Both the position numbers and the translations under genes were made by a program. A stretch of DNA of 64,000 nt, from positions 1 through 64,000 of the forward strand of contig JAXGNU010000002.1 in assembly GCA_040767805.1 (NCBI GenBank). The letters run 5' to 3'. Below are positions 29,205-38,276 of this stretch, piece after piece; the first letter of the stretch is position 1; each line of letters opens with the position of its first letter. The notes under the pieces are model-generated. The model was not told where the DNA came from, made no database searches, and saw nothing but the letters and a program-made list of their open reading frames with translations. The stretch comes from Thermovirgaceae bacterium. Its GTDB lineage: Bacteria > Synergistota > Synergistia > Synergistales > Thermovirgaceae.

Positions 29205-32200
29205 TATCCCTCTCCCAGAGCTTCACCTTGACGGGAAGCTTCGAGCATTTCGGCGAGTTCCATCATCCCCCTGTACCCCCCGGGCCCTGTGAGGATGCCG
29301 CTCGACGCCGGCAACCACCCCGCTTTACCCGAAGCGAGTTCCCGGAGTTTTGGGGGGTCTCCCCCGGCCCGGGTCTCCTCCAGGGCGCAATGAACGTATT
29401 GTAACCCATTGCGGCGCCCCGTGGACCGGACCTTCGCCGAGGCCAACATGAACTCCACCGATCGGGGTATTGGGCCGAAGCGCTCCCTGATCTCCTTCTC
29501 CAGTTCGAGCACCTCCCCGACGCCCTCGACCCGCAGAAGCCTCCTGAAGAGGGCTATCCTGACGCTGGACTGGGGTACGTAACTGCTGGGGAGGATGACG
29601 GGGATCCGGATCTCCATCCTAACCCCCTGGACTGGTTCCCCGCCGGACTCGGAGGCGACCTCCTCCTCCAGCATCTTGAAGTAGGCATTGAAACCCACCC
29701 TGTCAATATGCCCATGTTGGCGGGTCCCTATCAGCTGACCGCCGCCGCGGATCTCCATGTCCCTTTTCGCGAGGGCGAAACCGCCCCCCCGGTCGCTCAG
29801 GCCGGCGATCGCCTCGAGGCGTTCAAGGGCTTCATAGGGCATGACCCTGTCGGGAGGGTAAAAGAAAAAGGCAAAGGCCTGTTCTTCCCTTCTTCCCACC
29901 CTGCCCCTCAGTTGGTACATCTGGGCCAGGCCGAGGTCCTGGGCGTTGTCCACGATGAGGGTGTTGGCACCGGGCAGGTCGAGGCCGCTCTCAATGATGG
30001 TGGTGCAGACGAGGAGGTCCGTTCCCCTCCTGGTGAACTTGATCATGGCCTCTTCAAGCCTTCTCTCTTCCATTCGACCATGGACGACATCCACCCTGAG
30101 ATCGGGGAAGGCCAACCGCGTCCTGGCGGCGACGTCGTCGATGGTTTCGATCCTGTTGTGGACGAAAAAGACCTGCCCACCCCTGGCCCTCTCCCTCAGG
30201 ACGGCTTCCCTGAACAGGTCGTCCCTCCAGGGCCCCACGAAGGTCATGACGGGCTGCCGCCTGTAGGGGGGCGACGATATCATGGAAATGTGGTTTATCC
30301 CTCCCAGGGCCATGTGGAGCGTCCTCGGTATGGGCGTGGCCGAGATGCTGAGCACGTCGATTGACGGGTCAAGTTTCTTCAGCCGTTCCTTGTGCAGGAC
30401 ACCGAAACGGTGTTCCTCATCGATGACGATCAAGCCGAGCCTCCGAAACTTTAGGTCACCCTGGAGGAGCCTATGGGTCCCAAAGACCACGTCTACGAGC
30501 CCCTTCTCGATATCGCCCTTGATCTCCTCCTGTTTCTTCCGCGGGACAAACCGGGAGAGCACCTCGGCCCTCACCGGGAGGCCCGTTATCCTGGTGGAAA
30601 AGGATTCGAAGTGTTGAAAAGCCAGGAGCGTCGTGGGTACGAGGAAAGCCGTCTGCCGCCCCGCCTCGGCGGCCTTTACGGCCGCCCTAAAAGCGACCTC
30701 GGTCTTCCCGAAGCCCACATCGCCTACGAGAAGCCTGTCCATGGGGAGGTGGTCCTCCATGTCCATCTTGATGGAGCGGATGGCCGACAGCTGGTCGCTG
30801 GTCTCCTCAAAGGGAAAAGCGCTTTCGAACCTCTCCACCAGCTCACCATCGGGGGGCAAGGGTTCCTTCCGGCTCATCTCCCTCGTGGCGTAGAGGGCGA
30901 GGATTTGACGGGCGGCCTCCTTGGCCTTCTCCCTCGCCTTGAGGGAGGCTTTCTTCCACGCGGTGCCTCTGAGGCTGTCCAGTGGGGGCTCTTCCCCGGA
31001 GAAGGCCGGGTAGGGGGTGATCTTGTAAAGCTGCACCAATGGGAGGAGGAGCCTCCTGTTCTCCGCGAAGAGCAGGATCAGGCAGTCCCTGTCCATCCCG
31101 CCGGAAGTCACCCTCTCGATGCCCAAGTTCCTGGCGATGCCGTAGTCCTCGTGGATCACGAAGTCCAGTTCCCCTATCCTCTCTTCCCACTCTCTTGGAG
31201 GGACCCTGGTGACCCTTCCCTCCCGGGAGACGGGCGTCACACCCACCAGGTCGCTGTCGGAGAGGAAAACCTTTTTTTCGCGGCGGTCCACGAAACCCTT
31301 TGAAAGGACGCCTTTTCGGGTGGTGATACCTACTTCGGCAGCCCATTGGATCAGCAGTTCGCTGGAAGAATAAAGGGCTATTTCAAAACCGTCGCCTCGC
31401 CAGCCCCTGATGACCGATTCAGCCGCCTCGAGCCTCCCCTTGAAGGACTGGACCTCCATTACGGGGATCCGTAGGTCCGACCCCTGGACAATCCTGGTGA
31501 CGGAGGTATGGCGGTGACGCGAAAGCCTCTCGAGTTCTTCCTCCCAAGAGATGAGAGGATCCGCCCCCCCTTCATCGGCCATCCGGTTCCATATCCAGCG
31601 GTAGGCCTCCACCGACCGTTCCAGCGCCGGTGGTTCGAAGAGGACGACGCCCGTGTCGGGATGGAGCATTTCATCGAACCTCTTCCCGATACCCCCTGTC
31701 AGCGCGAGGATACGGGTGAGCCCCACGGGTGAACGGCTCCTTTGGCTTTCCGGGTCGAAAAGGTGGATGCTTTCGACCCGGTCATCGAAAAACTCAATCC
31801 TGAGGGGCAAACGGTAGGAAGGGTCGAAGATATCGACGATGCTGCCCCTGCTGACGTACTGCCCTTCCTGCCATACCAGGTCCGATCTCTTGTACCCTGA
31901 CTCGGCCGCCCATTCGAGGAACCGGTCCCTCTCCAGGGAAAGGCCCACGTCGATCTGCACCCCGGCCAAGGGCAGGCTGAGGGGGGCCAGGACCGCCGAG
32001 GGGGTCGCCACGATGCAGCCGCCCAAGGCGTTCCATTTTTCGACGGCGCTGCCTCTTTCGATCCTGGTCGCTTCGCTCCTGAGGTGCTCCTCGGTGAGGG
32101 GAATCTCCGAAAGGATATGGATCTCTTCCCGGGGGAAGAGGACCTTCCAGTCCGATACGAACTCCGATAGCCTGTACTGGTCCGGGACGACGGCGAGCAA

Positions 32201-32338
32201 CGGCCTTCCCGCATCCCTAAGGATCCAGCACCAGGAAGATGTCCCTGCCGGGAGGTGGACCTTCATAGAGGGACGCTGGAACAGGAAACTCCCCGTGGTA
32301 CCTATCTTCAGAGGTCGTCGGCCTTCAAAAGCGGTCAT
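29204..32338 (-). CDS. mfd: Transcription-repair coupling factor
   Basis: RG.IVDIF, CarD/RID region, GDVGFGKTEVA, DEEH, SATPIPRT, QLRGRVGR, TRCF C-terminus. Confidence 0.94.
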   Translation of the reverse strand: MTAFEGRRPLKIGTTGSFLFQRPSMKVHLPAGTSSWCWILRDAGRPLLAVVPDQYRLSEFVSDWKVLFPREEIHILSEIPLTEEHLRSEATRIERGSAVEKWNALGGCIVATPSAVLAPLSLPLAGVQIDVGLSLERDRFLEWAAESGYKRSDLVWQEGQYVSRGSIVDIFDPSYRLPLRIEFFDDRVESIHLFDPESQRSRSPVGLTRILALTGGIGKRFDEMLHPDTGVVLFEPPALERSVEAYRWIWNRMADEGGADPLISWEEELERLSRHRHTSVTRIVQGSDLRIPVMEVQSFKGRLEAAESVIRGWRGDGFEIALYSSSELLIQWAAEVGITTRKGVLSKGFVDRREKKVFLSDSDLVGVTPVSREGRVTRVPPREWEERIGELDFVIHEDYGIARNLGIERVTSGGMDRDCLILLFAENRRLLLPLVQLYKITPYPAFSGEEPPLDSLRGTAWKKASLKAREKAKEAARQILALYATREMSRKEPLPPDGELVERFESAFPFEETSDQLSAIRSIKMDMEDHLPMDRLLVGDVGFGKTEVAFRAAVKAAEAGRQTAFLVPTTLLAFQHFESFSTRITGLPVRAEVLSRFVPRKKQEEIKGDIEKGLVDVVFGTHRLLQGDLKFRRLGLIVIDEEHRFGVLHKERLKKLDPSIDVLSISATPIPRTLHMALGGINHISMISSPPYRRQPVMTFVGPWRDDLFREAVLRERARGGQVFFVHNRIETIDDVAARTRLAFPDLRVDVVHGRMEERRLEEAMIKFTRRGTDLLVCTTIIESGLDLPGANTLIVDNAQDLGLAQMYQLRGRVGRREEQAFAFFFYPPDRVMPYEALERLEAIAGLSDRGGGFALAKRDMEIRGGGQLIGTRQHGHIDRVGFNAYFKMLEEEVASESGGEPVQGVRMEIRIPVILPSSYVPQSSVRIALFRRLLRVEGVGEVLELEKEIRERFGPIPRSVEFMLASAKVRSTGRRNGLQYVHCALEETRAGGDPPKLRELASGKAGWLPASSGILTGPGGYRGMMELAEMLEASRQGEALGEG

Positions 32339-32342
32339 CGTG

Positions 32343-32966
32343 TTAGGTGGGCTGCTCCTTCTTCCCGTAGCCGCCCTTCGAAGCCCCGGGAGCGTCCAGG
32401 GATGGCGAGTTGGCCTCCCTCATGGCCTCATCGGTTCCACGGGTGATCCATATCAACGCTACATCGGCGGCCCGTTCCACCACGGCCGGAAGCTCGGCGA
32501 GTTCTTCGGGTGAAAAGACTTCGGTAACGTATTCCGCCAGGTCCTTTTGCGATCCCGAGGAGTCTATCCCGATGCGCAGCCTGGGGAAGTCAAGGGACCC
32601 CAGGTGGGCTATAACCGAGATCATCCCCTTGTGGCCGCCGGCGGACCCCCTCGCTCTCAGCCGAATCCGCCCGAAGGGGAGCGCCGCGTCATCGTAGACG
32701 ACAAGAAGGTCTTCCAGCCCGATATCAAAGAAGCGGAAGGCCTTAACGACGGCACTCCCGCTCAGGTTCATGTAGGTCAACGGCTTCAGGAGGAGGACTC
32801 TCTCGCCGTCGACGGGGATGGGACCCCAGGCTTGCGAGTCCAGTGTTAAAGAGGACTTCGGGACGCCCAAACGTTGGCGAAGGAGGTCAAGTACATGCCA
32901 GCCGGCGTTATGCCTCGTCCAGGCGTAACGAGCCCCCGGGTTGCCCAGCCCCACAACCAGTTTCAA
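32343..32966 (-). CDS. pth: Peptidyl-tRNA hydrolase
   Basis: GLGNPG..Y..TRHNAG, KPLTYMNLSG, GGH.G. Confidence 0.96.
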   Translation of the reverse strand: MKLVVGLGNPGARYAWTRHNAGWHVLDLLRQRLGVPKSSLTLDSQAWGPIPVDGERVLLLKPLTYMNLSGSAVVKAFRFFDIGLEDLLVVYDDAALPFGRIRLRARGSAGGHKGMISVIAHLGSLDFPRLRIGIDSSGSQKDLAEYVTEVFSPEELAELPAVVERAADVALIWITRGTDEAMREANSPSLDAPGASKGGYGKKEQPT

Positions 32967-32972
32967 AGAGCG

Positions 32973-33632
32973 CTAGACCTCCTCTTCCTTAGCCTTGCCC
33001 TTCGTGACCACTTCTACCTCGGTGGTTTCCTCTTCAACCACTTCCGGCGCGACTTCGACCTCGACGCGAGGCTGTGCGATGGTCACTATCACTTCTTCGG
33101 GAGATAGGGCTAGGACAGCGCTTTCAGGAAACTGGACATCGGCGATACGGATGACCCCGTCCAGCGACAGGCCCGTCACGTCGATCACGATGGAAGCGGG
33201 TATCTCCCTGGGAAGGACTTCCATCTCGACCTCATGAATGAGCTGTTCGAAGACGCCTCCCTGCTTGATGCCCGCGCACTTCTCTCTCCCGGTTATCTCT
33301 ACGGGTACGTTGACCGAAACCTTGTGCCCCTTCTTGAGCTGCAGAAGATCCACGTGAAGGATGCTGCCCGTAAGGGGGTTCCGCTGGAGGTCCCTCATGA
33401 GGCAGAGTTCCTTTTTACCACCGGGAGTCTCCACGTCAAGCCTGGCCGTCTCCCAGCGCCCGGACTGAACGATGGGGGTTATGCTCTGTACCGCCACGTA
33501 AAAGGGAAGCGACCCCGGGTAACCGGGCCCGTAGAGGACACCGGGGATTTTCCCTTCGTTCCTGACTCTCTTGCAGTGCTGTTTGCCTGTTTCTTCCCGT
33601 TTTTCAAGCCTTATCCTGGTGCCTTTGTCCAT
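32973..33632 (-). CDS. rplY: 50S ribosomal protein L25 (Ctc type)
   Basis: R..GKIPGVLYG, HVDL, GIKQGG; prs-rplY-pth synteny. Confidence 0.93.
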   Translation of the reverse strand: MDKGTRIRLEKREETGKQHCKRVRNEGKIPGVLYGPGYPGSLPFYVAVQSITPIVQSGRWETARLDVETPGGKKELCLMRDLQRNPLTGSILHVDLLQLKKGHKVSVNVPVEITGREKCAGIKQGGVFEQLIHEVEMEVLPREIPASIVIDVTGLSLDGVIRIADVQFPESAVLALSPEEVIVTIAQPRVEVEVAPEVVEEETTEVEVVTKGKAKEEEV

Positions 33633-33677
33633 GAAAAACCCTCCTCGTGAAATAGAAGAACAGGAGGCCGTGGCGAT

Positions 33678-34646
33678 CTACCGGAAAAGAATGCTCACGG
33701 AATGATCGGAGTGGATCCTGCTTATGGCCTCCGCGAAAAGCGGCGCTATGGAGAGAACGGTGATCTTGTCGATCTTTTTCTCTTCCTGAAGTGGTATCGT
33801 GTTGGTTAGGACCACCTGGTGAATGGGTGACCTGCTTATCCTATCAATGGCGGGGCCCGAGAGGACACCGTGAGTCGCGCAGGCGTACACCTTTTTGGCA
33901 CCCCTTTCGAGGACCGCTTCGGCCGCCTGCACCATGGTGCCGGCCGTATCTATGATGTCGTCGACGAGCACCGCCGTCTTGCCCGAAACGTCACCGATCA
34001 CCTCCATGACCTCGCTGAAGTTGGCCACCTCGTGGGAGCGGCGCTTATCTACGATCGCAAGGTCGGCGTTCAGGGGAACGGCGAAACGCCTGGCCCTGGT
34101 CACGGCACCGATGTCCGGTGGGATGACCACTAGGCTGTCCTGTTCGAGTTCCTCCTTGAGGGCGTCCCTGAAGTAGGCCGCGAGCAAGGGTATGCCCGTA
34201 AGGTGATCGACGGGGATGTCGAAGAAACCCTGGAGCTGGCCGGCGTGCAGGTCGGCGGCTAGGACGCGGTCGGCACCCGCCTTTTCAATCAGGTTGGCCA
34301 CCAGTTTGGCGGTTATGGGGTCCCTGGCCTTGGATTTACGGTCCTGCCGGGCATAACCGAAGTAGGGGGTGACCACGTTCACCCGGTAGGCGGAAGCCCT
34401 CCTCATGGCGTCGATCATTATCAGGAGTTCCATGAGGTTCTCGTTGACGGGCTCACAGGTGGGCTGGACCACGTAAACGTCGGCACCCCTCACGCTCTCC
34501 TCCACTGAAAGCCCTATCTCACCGTCAGAAAAGCGGAAGATGTTCGCCGTCGCGACCCCGACCCCGAGGTTCTCGCAGATCGACCTGGTAAATTCCGAAT
34601 GGGCGCTGCCCGAAAAAACCTTCAGTTCCCGCAGTTTTGAGGCCAA
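33678..34646 (-). CDS. prs: Ribose-phosphate pyrophosphokinase
   Basis: FSDGE, YARQDRK, DLHA.Q, VDDIIDTAGT; TTG start at 34646 after GGAGGAG. Confidence 0.96.
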   Translation of the reverse strand: MASKLRELKVFSGSAHSEFTRSICENLGVGVATANIFRFSDGEIGLSVEESVRGADVYVVQPTCEPVNENLMELLIMIDAMRRASAYRVNVVTPYFGYARQDRKSKARDPITAKLVANLIEKAGADRVLAADLHAGQLQGFFDIPVDHLTGIPLLAAYFRDALKEELEQDSLVVIPPDIGAVTRARRFAVPLNADLAIVDKRRSHEVANFSEVMEVIGDVSGKTAVLVDDIIDTAGTMVQAAEAVLERGAKKVYACATHGVLSGPAIDRISRSPIHQVVLTNTIPLQEEKKIDKITVLSIAPLFAEAISRIHSDHSVSILFR

Positions 34647-34648
34647 CT

Positions 34649-36058
34649 TTATTCTCCTCCCCCGTCGTTCTTCCTTCTCCTGAGAGCCCACCCCTCGATG
34701 TTCTTCTGTCTCGCTCTCCCGATAGCCAGGCTTTCGGCGGGGACATCCTTCGTGATAACCGACCCGGCCGCGATGTAGCAACCATCGCCCAACGAGACGG
34801 GGGCCACCAGCATGGTGTCGCTGCCTACAAAGCAACCTTCTCCTATGGTGGTGGGGTTCTTCCTTTTCCCGTCAAAGTTGCAGGTCACGGTGCCCGCCCC
34901 TATGTTGCTCCCTTTCCCTACCGTGGCGTCACCGATGTAGGACAGGTGAGGGATCTTGGATCTTTCCCCGATGACGCTTTTTTTGATCTCCACGAACTTG
35001 CCGGCGAAAGCCCCCTCGCCCAGCACCGAACCGTCCCTGACGAAGGTGAAGGGGCCAAGGGTGGAATCGTCCCTGGCGGTACTGTCGCTGATCACCACGT
35101 GCCCCAACAGGTGGACATTCTCGCCCAAAACGCTGTTCCTAACAATAGAGAAACTGCCGAGCCTGGATCGACTCCCTATCTTTGACGCCCCCCATACTTG
35201 CACGAAGGGTTCGACCGTTACATCGTCACCGATGACCACCCCGGGCCCGATCCATACCGACCCGGAATCGACGCACTTAAGCCCATTTCTCATGTGGCGA
35301 TCGAGAATACGCCCCCTCAGGATCCTTGAGACCCTGTCCAGCTGCAGGGGGTCGTTGACGCCTTCCATCTCATCCGGGTCGGGGCAGGTCATCATCCCGA
35401 CCCTTTTCTCACCCTCACAGAGTCCGTGGATGACGTCGGTGAGGTAATACTCCCCCTGGGAGTTCTCCCTGCCGATTCTCTCCAGTTGTTCCAAAAGCGG
35501 CCCTGACCGGAAGACGTAAACCCCGCTATTGACCCTGCAGCACTTCTTTTCGTGCTCGAGGGCGTCCTTCTCTTCTATAATCTTGAAACCCCTGTCCGTG
35601 TCGAGGACGCGCCCGTACCCTGTCGGGTCCGAGGGCTCGAATACCAGGAAGGTACAGTCCTCATCGGCATCGATGTTCCTGGCGTTGAGCCGGGTCAGCG
35701 TCTCTTTGGCTATCAATGGGACATCCCCGGGGATGATGATCACCCGTTCGAACCGCGAGACCCACTCGCGGGCCGTGAAGACGGCATGGCCCGTACCGAG
35801 CTGTTCCCGCTGAACGATCATTTCCGTCCCCGGCCAGGCCTCTTCGAGGTACCCGGAAACGGCCTCGCTCCCGTAGCCCACCACTACCGCCCTGCCGGAG
35901 AAGCCAGGGTCATCGGTCGAGTTCATGGGGTAAAAGAGGAGCGGCTCGCCTAGCAATTCGAGAAGGACCTTGGGAGTATCGCTCTTCATCCGCGTACCCT
36001 TGCCGGCCGCCAGGACCAGGACTCCTGTGCCGGGGACAGCCATGACGATCATCCTCAC
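34649..36058 (-). CDS. glmU: Bifunctional UDP-GlcNAc pyrophosphorylase/glucosamine-1-P acetyltransferase
   Basis: LAAGKGTRMKS, QLGTGHA, EYYLTD, hexapeptide repeats, HLSYIGD. Confidence 0.96.
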   Translation of the reverse strand: MRMIVMAVPGTGVLVLAAGKGTRMKSDTPKVLLELLGEPLLFYPMNSTDDPGFSGRAVVVGYGSEAVSGYLEEAWPGTEMIVQREQLGTGHAVFTAREWVSRFERVIIIPGDVPLIAKETLTRLNARNIDADEDCTFLVFEPSDPTGYGRVLDTDRGFKIIEEKDALEHEKKCCRVNSGVYVFRSGPLLEQLERIGRENSQGEYYLTDVIHGLCEGEKRVGMMTCPDPDEMEGVNDPLQLDRVSRILRGRILDRHMRNGLKCVDSGSVWIGPGVVIGDDVTVEPFVQVWGASKIGSRSRLGSFSIVRNSVLGENVHLLGHVVISDSTARDDSTLGPFTFVRDGSVLGEGAFAGKFVEIKKSVIGERSKIPHLSYIGDATVGKGSNIGAGTVTCNFDGKRKNPTTIGEGCFVGSDTMLVAPVSLGDGCYIAAGSVITKDVPAESLAIGRARQKNIEGWALRRRKNDGGGE

Positions 36059-36140
36059 CCCCTGATCATTATCCTTTTTGAACTGTTCCTTTTTGATTTT
36101 AACACGGCTGGTCCGACTTCAGCCAAAAAGCGCAACAAAG

Positions 36141-36164
36141 CAGGGGAAGCCGAGGCTTCCCCTG
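36141..36164 (-). terminator. Terminator hairpin after tRNA-Gln
   Basis: CAGGGGAAGC-CTCG-GCTTCCCCTG followed by a T-rich tail on the minus strand. Confidence 0.7.
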
Positions 36165-36175
36165 GGCCGGCCAAC

Positions 36176-36250
36176 TGGCTGGGGTGGCTGGATTCGAACC
36201 AGCGATCACGGATCCAAAGTCCGTCGCCTTGCCGACTTGGCTACACCCCA
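36176..36250 (-). tRNA. tRNA-Gln (TTG)
   Basis: TGGGGTGTAGCCAAGTCGGCAAGGCGACGGACTTTGGATCCGT...GGTTCGAATCCAGCCACCCCAGCCA. Confidence 0.96.
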
Positions 36251-36266
36251 GTGATCGAACCTTGCA

Positions 36267-36297
36267 ATTATAGCCTCACCGGTGGTCGGGGTGTCAA
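36267..36297 (-). promoter_or_regulatory. tRNA-Gln promoter
   Basis: Consensus TTGACA and TATAAT, but with a 19-nt spacer. Confidence 0.6.
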
Positions 36298-36375
36298 GGA
36301 TTGTAGTGTCCGGTGTCGCCACCGCCTTGATATGGTAAACTACATGTAGGCTGAGTCAACCCGAAGGACCGGATA

Positions 36376-36855
36376 ATGAAGGGGAGGTCTTGGAGCATGT
36401 GGACCGTCGAGGACGGGATCGAACGTATCAGGAGCAGGGGTTTGAAGATCACATCCCAGAGGGTCGCCATACTCAAACTCCTAAAGGACCGAAAGGACCA
36501 CCCCTCGGCGGAGAAGATCTTCCGCGAGATGAAGGAGACCTACCCCACCATTTCCTTCGCCACCATCTACAGCACCGCCCAGATCCTCCGCGACGCGGGC
36601 CTCCTCCAGATACTCTCCATTGACGATCGCAGGGTTTTCTTCGACCCCGACCCGACCCCCCACGCGCATTTCCTCTGCTCGAAGTGCGGGGCCCTGGAGG
36701 ACATACCCCTGGAAAAGGGGATCCTGAACAGGATCAGGAGATCGGTCCCTCACTACCTCGACGCGGTGCAGGTTTACTGCTACGGCACGTGCCGTGCCTG
36801 TGGCGGACGCGGATCGGCCGATACCAGTCCAAGGAAAATCTCCCGCGCCCACTGA
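36376..36855 (+). CDS. Fur-family transcriptional regulator, PerR-like
   Basis: GLKITSQR, DHPSA, ATIY, FD...HAHFLCSKCG..ED, CRAC; ligand pattern H/D/HxH/D as in PerR. Confidence 0.88.
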   Translation: MKGRSWSMWTVEDGIERIRSRGLKITSQRVAILKLLKDRKDHPSAEKIFREMKETYPTISFATIYSTAQILRDAGLLQILSIDDRRVFFDPDPTPHAHFLCSKCGALEDIPLEKGILNRIRRSVPHYLDAVQVYCYGTCRACGGRGSADTSPRKISRAH

Positions 36856-36858
36856 ACC

Positions 36859-37134
36859 ATGTTCCGCGTCCCCTTGGCACTGACGGCCTTTTTCTTCGTC
36901 TCGTCCATGATCCTGGGGGTGATGGTCTCCAGGAGCGAAAGCCGGGTCCCTCCTTCGGCCTTTTGGGGGTCACTTTTATTATTCCTGCTTTTCTCAACCA
37001 TCACCCTTTTCTTTTGCGCACCCCTCTGGGTAGCCTTGGCTCCCATGGTGCCCGCCGCCATCTTCGCCCTCCTTCACCTTTATCCCAAGAAGACCGGGAG
37101 CGATGACCCTCTCAAGAAACGGGTGAAGCCATGA
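36859..37134 (+). CDS. Hypothetical small membrane protein
   Basis: About three hydrophobic segments; fills the gap between fur and the next gene with ATGA coupling. Confidence 0.5.
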   Translation: MFRVPLALTAFFFVSSMILGVMVSRSESRVPPSAFWGSLLLFLLFSTITLFFCAPLWVALAPMVPAAIFALLHLYPKKTGSDDPLKKRVKP

Positions 37135-38270
37135 GAGGAAGAGCGTCCCGTAAATTGATAATGAAGCTCTTGACGATGATCTTGCCCATCCTCCTGGCCG
37201 CGGGTCTTCCGCCGACCGTTGCCACCTCGGCGGCCCTTCCGCCTTCTCCCGGCGTTTTGGATGGATCCTTCACGATAACCGTCGAACTCATCCCCGGTGG
37301 GGAGATCAGCGCCCAAGGGGAAGACGGCAAAAAAACAGTGCTGGGGAGGGTGAAAGCCCTCCCCACCAATAGCCGATGGCCTAGTTTCACGGCCTCAGCC
37401 TGGGGGAGGGAGCAGAGCGTAGTGGCGAGCGCGGTGAACGCCATCCATATCCTCCTGTCGGTGGAAAAGGGGAAGGGGAGGACCATAAGCCTCTTGCCCG
37501 AAGAGACCATCGCTCCCGCTGCCGGCCCCGGCGCGGCGATCGTGACCGACATCAAGGCGGGGCGCGCGGTTTTCGGGGCCTGGGCCCCGCCGGTCGGCAG
37601 CAGGGTCGTCTTCGAGCGTAGCGACGGCGATCCCCACCTGGTGGAAGATATACCCCGAAAAGGGGATGTCATGAAGATCATGGCCGATCCCCTCCCGTGC
37701 CCCTACTTCGTTGAGTTGGAGAACCGCCCGGGGGGGCGTGTGACGGCATGGTACGGCGACGGGCCGAGGGTGCTCGGAAGGGTGATAAGACCCCTCGGCG
37801 GTACGGGGCGTTTCGACGGGACGATCTTCCAGGATACGGGCAGAATAAGGGCGAACCACCCCGGCGTCATAGATGTCTGCACCTCACCGGAGGGGTTGGT
37901 GGGAGGTTTCCAGATCATCCCGTTGGAGCACGCCTTTTCCCGCGAGATGCTCGGGGCATGGAAGATGACCCAATGGATGATCATCGGCCCCGAGATGGGA
38001 AAGGCCGACCTGAAAGGGTCGGCTCCCCTGTTTTCCGGGGGACTCCTGCCCGGACCGGCCAGGGGTGAGGCGCTGTGGGACCTGTGGTCGAGCTACGGGC
38101 GTAAACCCCTTGTCCTCGCCAGGCTTGGGGGAGGGCCCTGGGGGAAGATGCCGGCTCTTTCCGGCAGGCAGGACCACGCTCTTGAGGGCATCACTCACCT
38201 GAGGATCTACTACCCCTTCACCATGGAACCGCTGCGGGACGGGGCCGACCCGTCCCACCGGCTCCCGTGA
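37131..38270 (+). CDS. Hypothetical exported protein with internal two-fold repeat
   Basis: Signal-peptide-like N-terminus; repeats VEL.PGG.....G...VLGRV..LP and VELENRPGG.....G...VLGRV..PL. Confidence 0.75.
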   Translation: MRGRASRKLIMKLLTMILPILLAAGLPPTVATSAALPPSPGVLDGSFTITVELIPGGEISAQGEDGKKTVLGRVKALPTNSRWPSFTASAWGREQSVVASAVNAIHILLSVEKGKGRTISLLPEETIAPAAGPGAAIVTDIKAGRAVFGAWAPPVGSRVVFERSDGDPHLVEDIPRKGDVMKIMADPLPCPYFVELENRPGGRVTAWYGDGPRVLGRVIRPLGGTGRFDGTIFQDTGRIRANHPGVIDVCTSPEGLVGGFQIIPLEHAFSREMLGAWKMTQWMIIGPEMGKADLKGSAPLFSGGLLPGPARGEALWDLWSSYGRKPLVLARLGGGPWGKMPALSGRQDHALEGITHLRIYYPFTMEPLRDGADPSHRLP

Positions 38271-38276
38271 TGCCTT

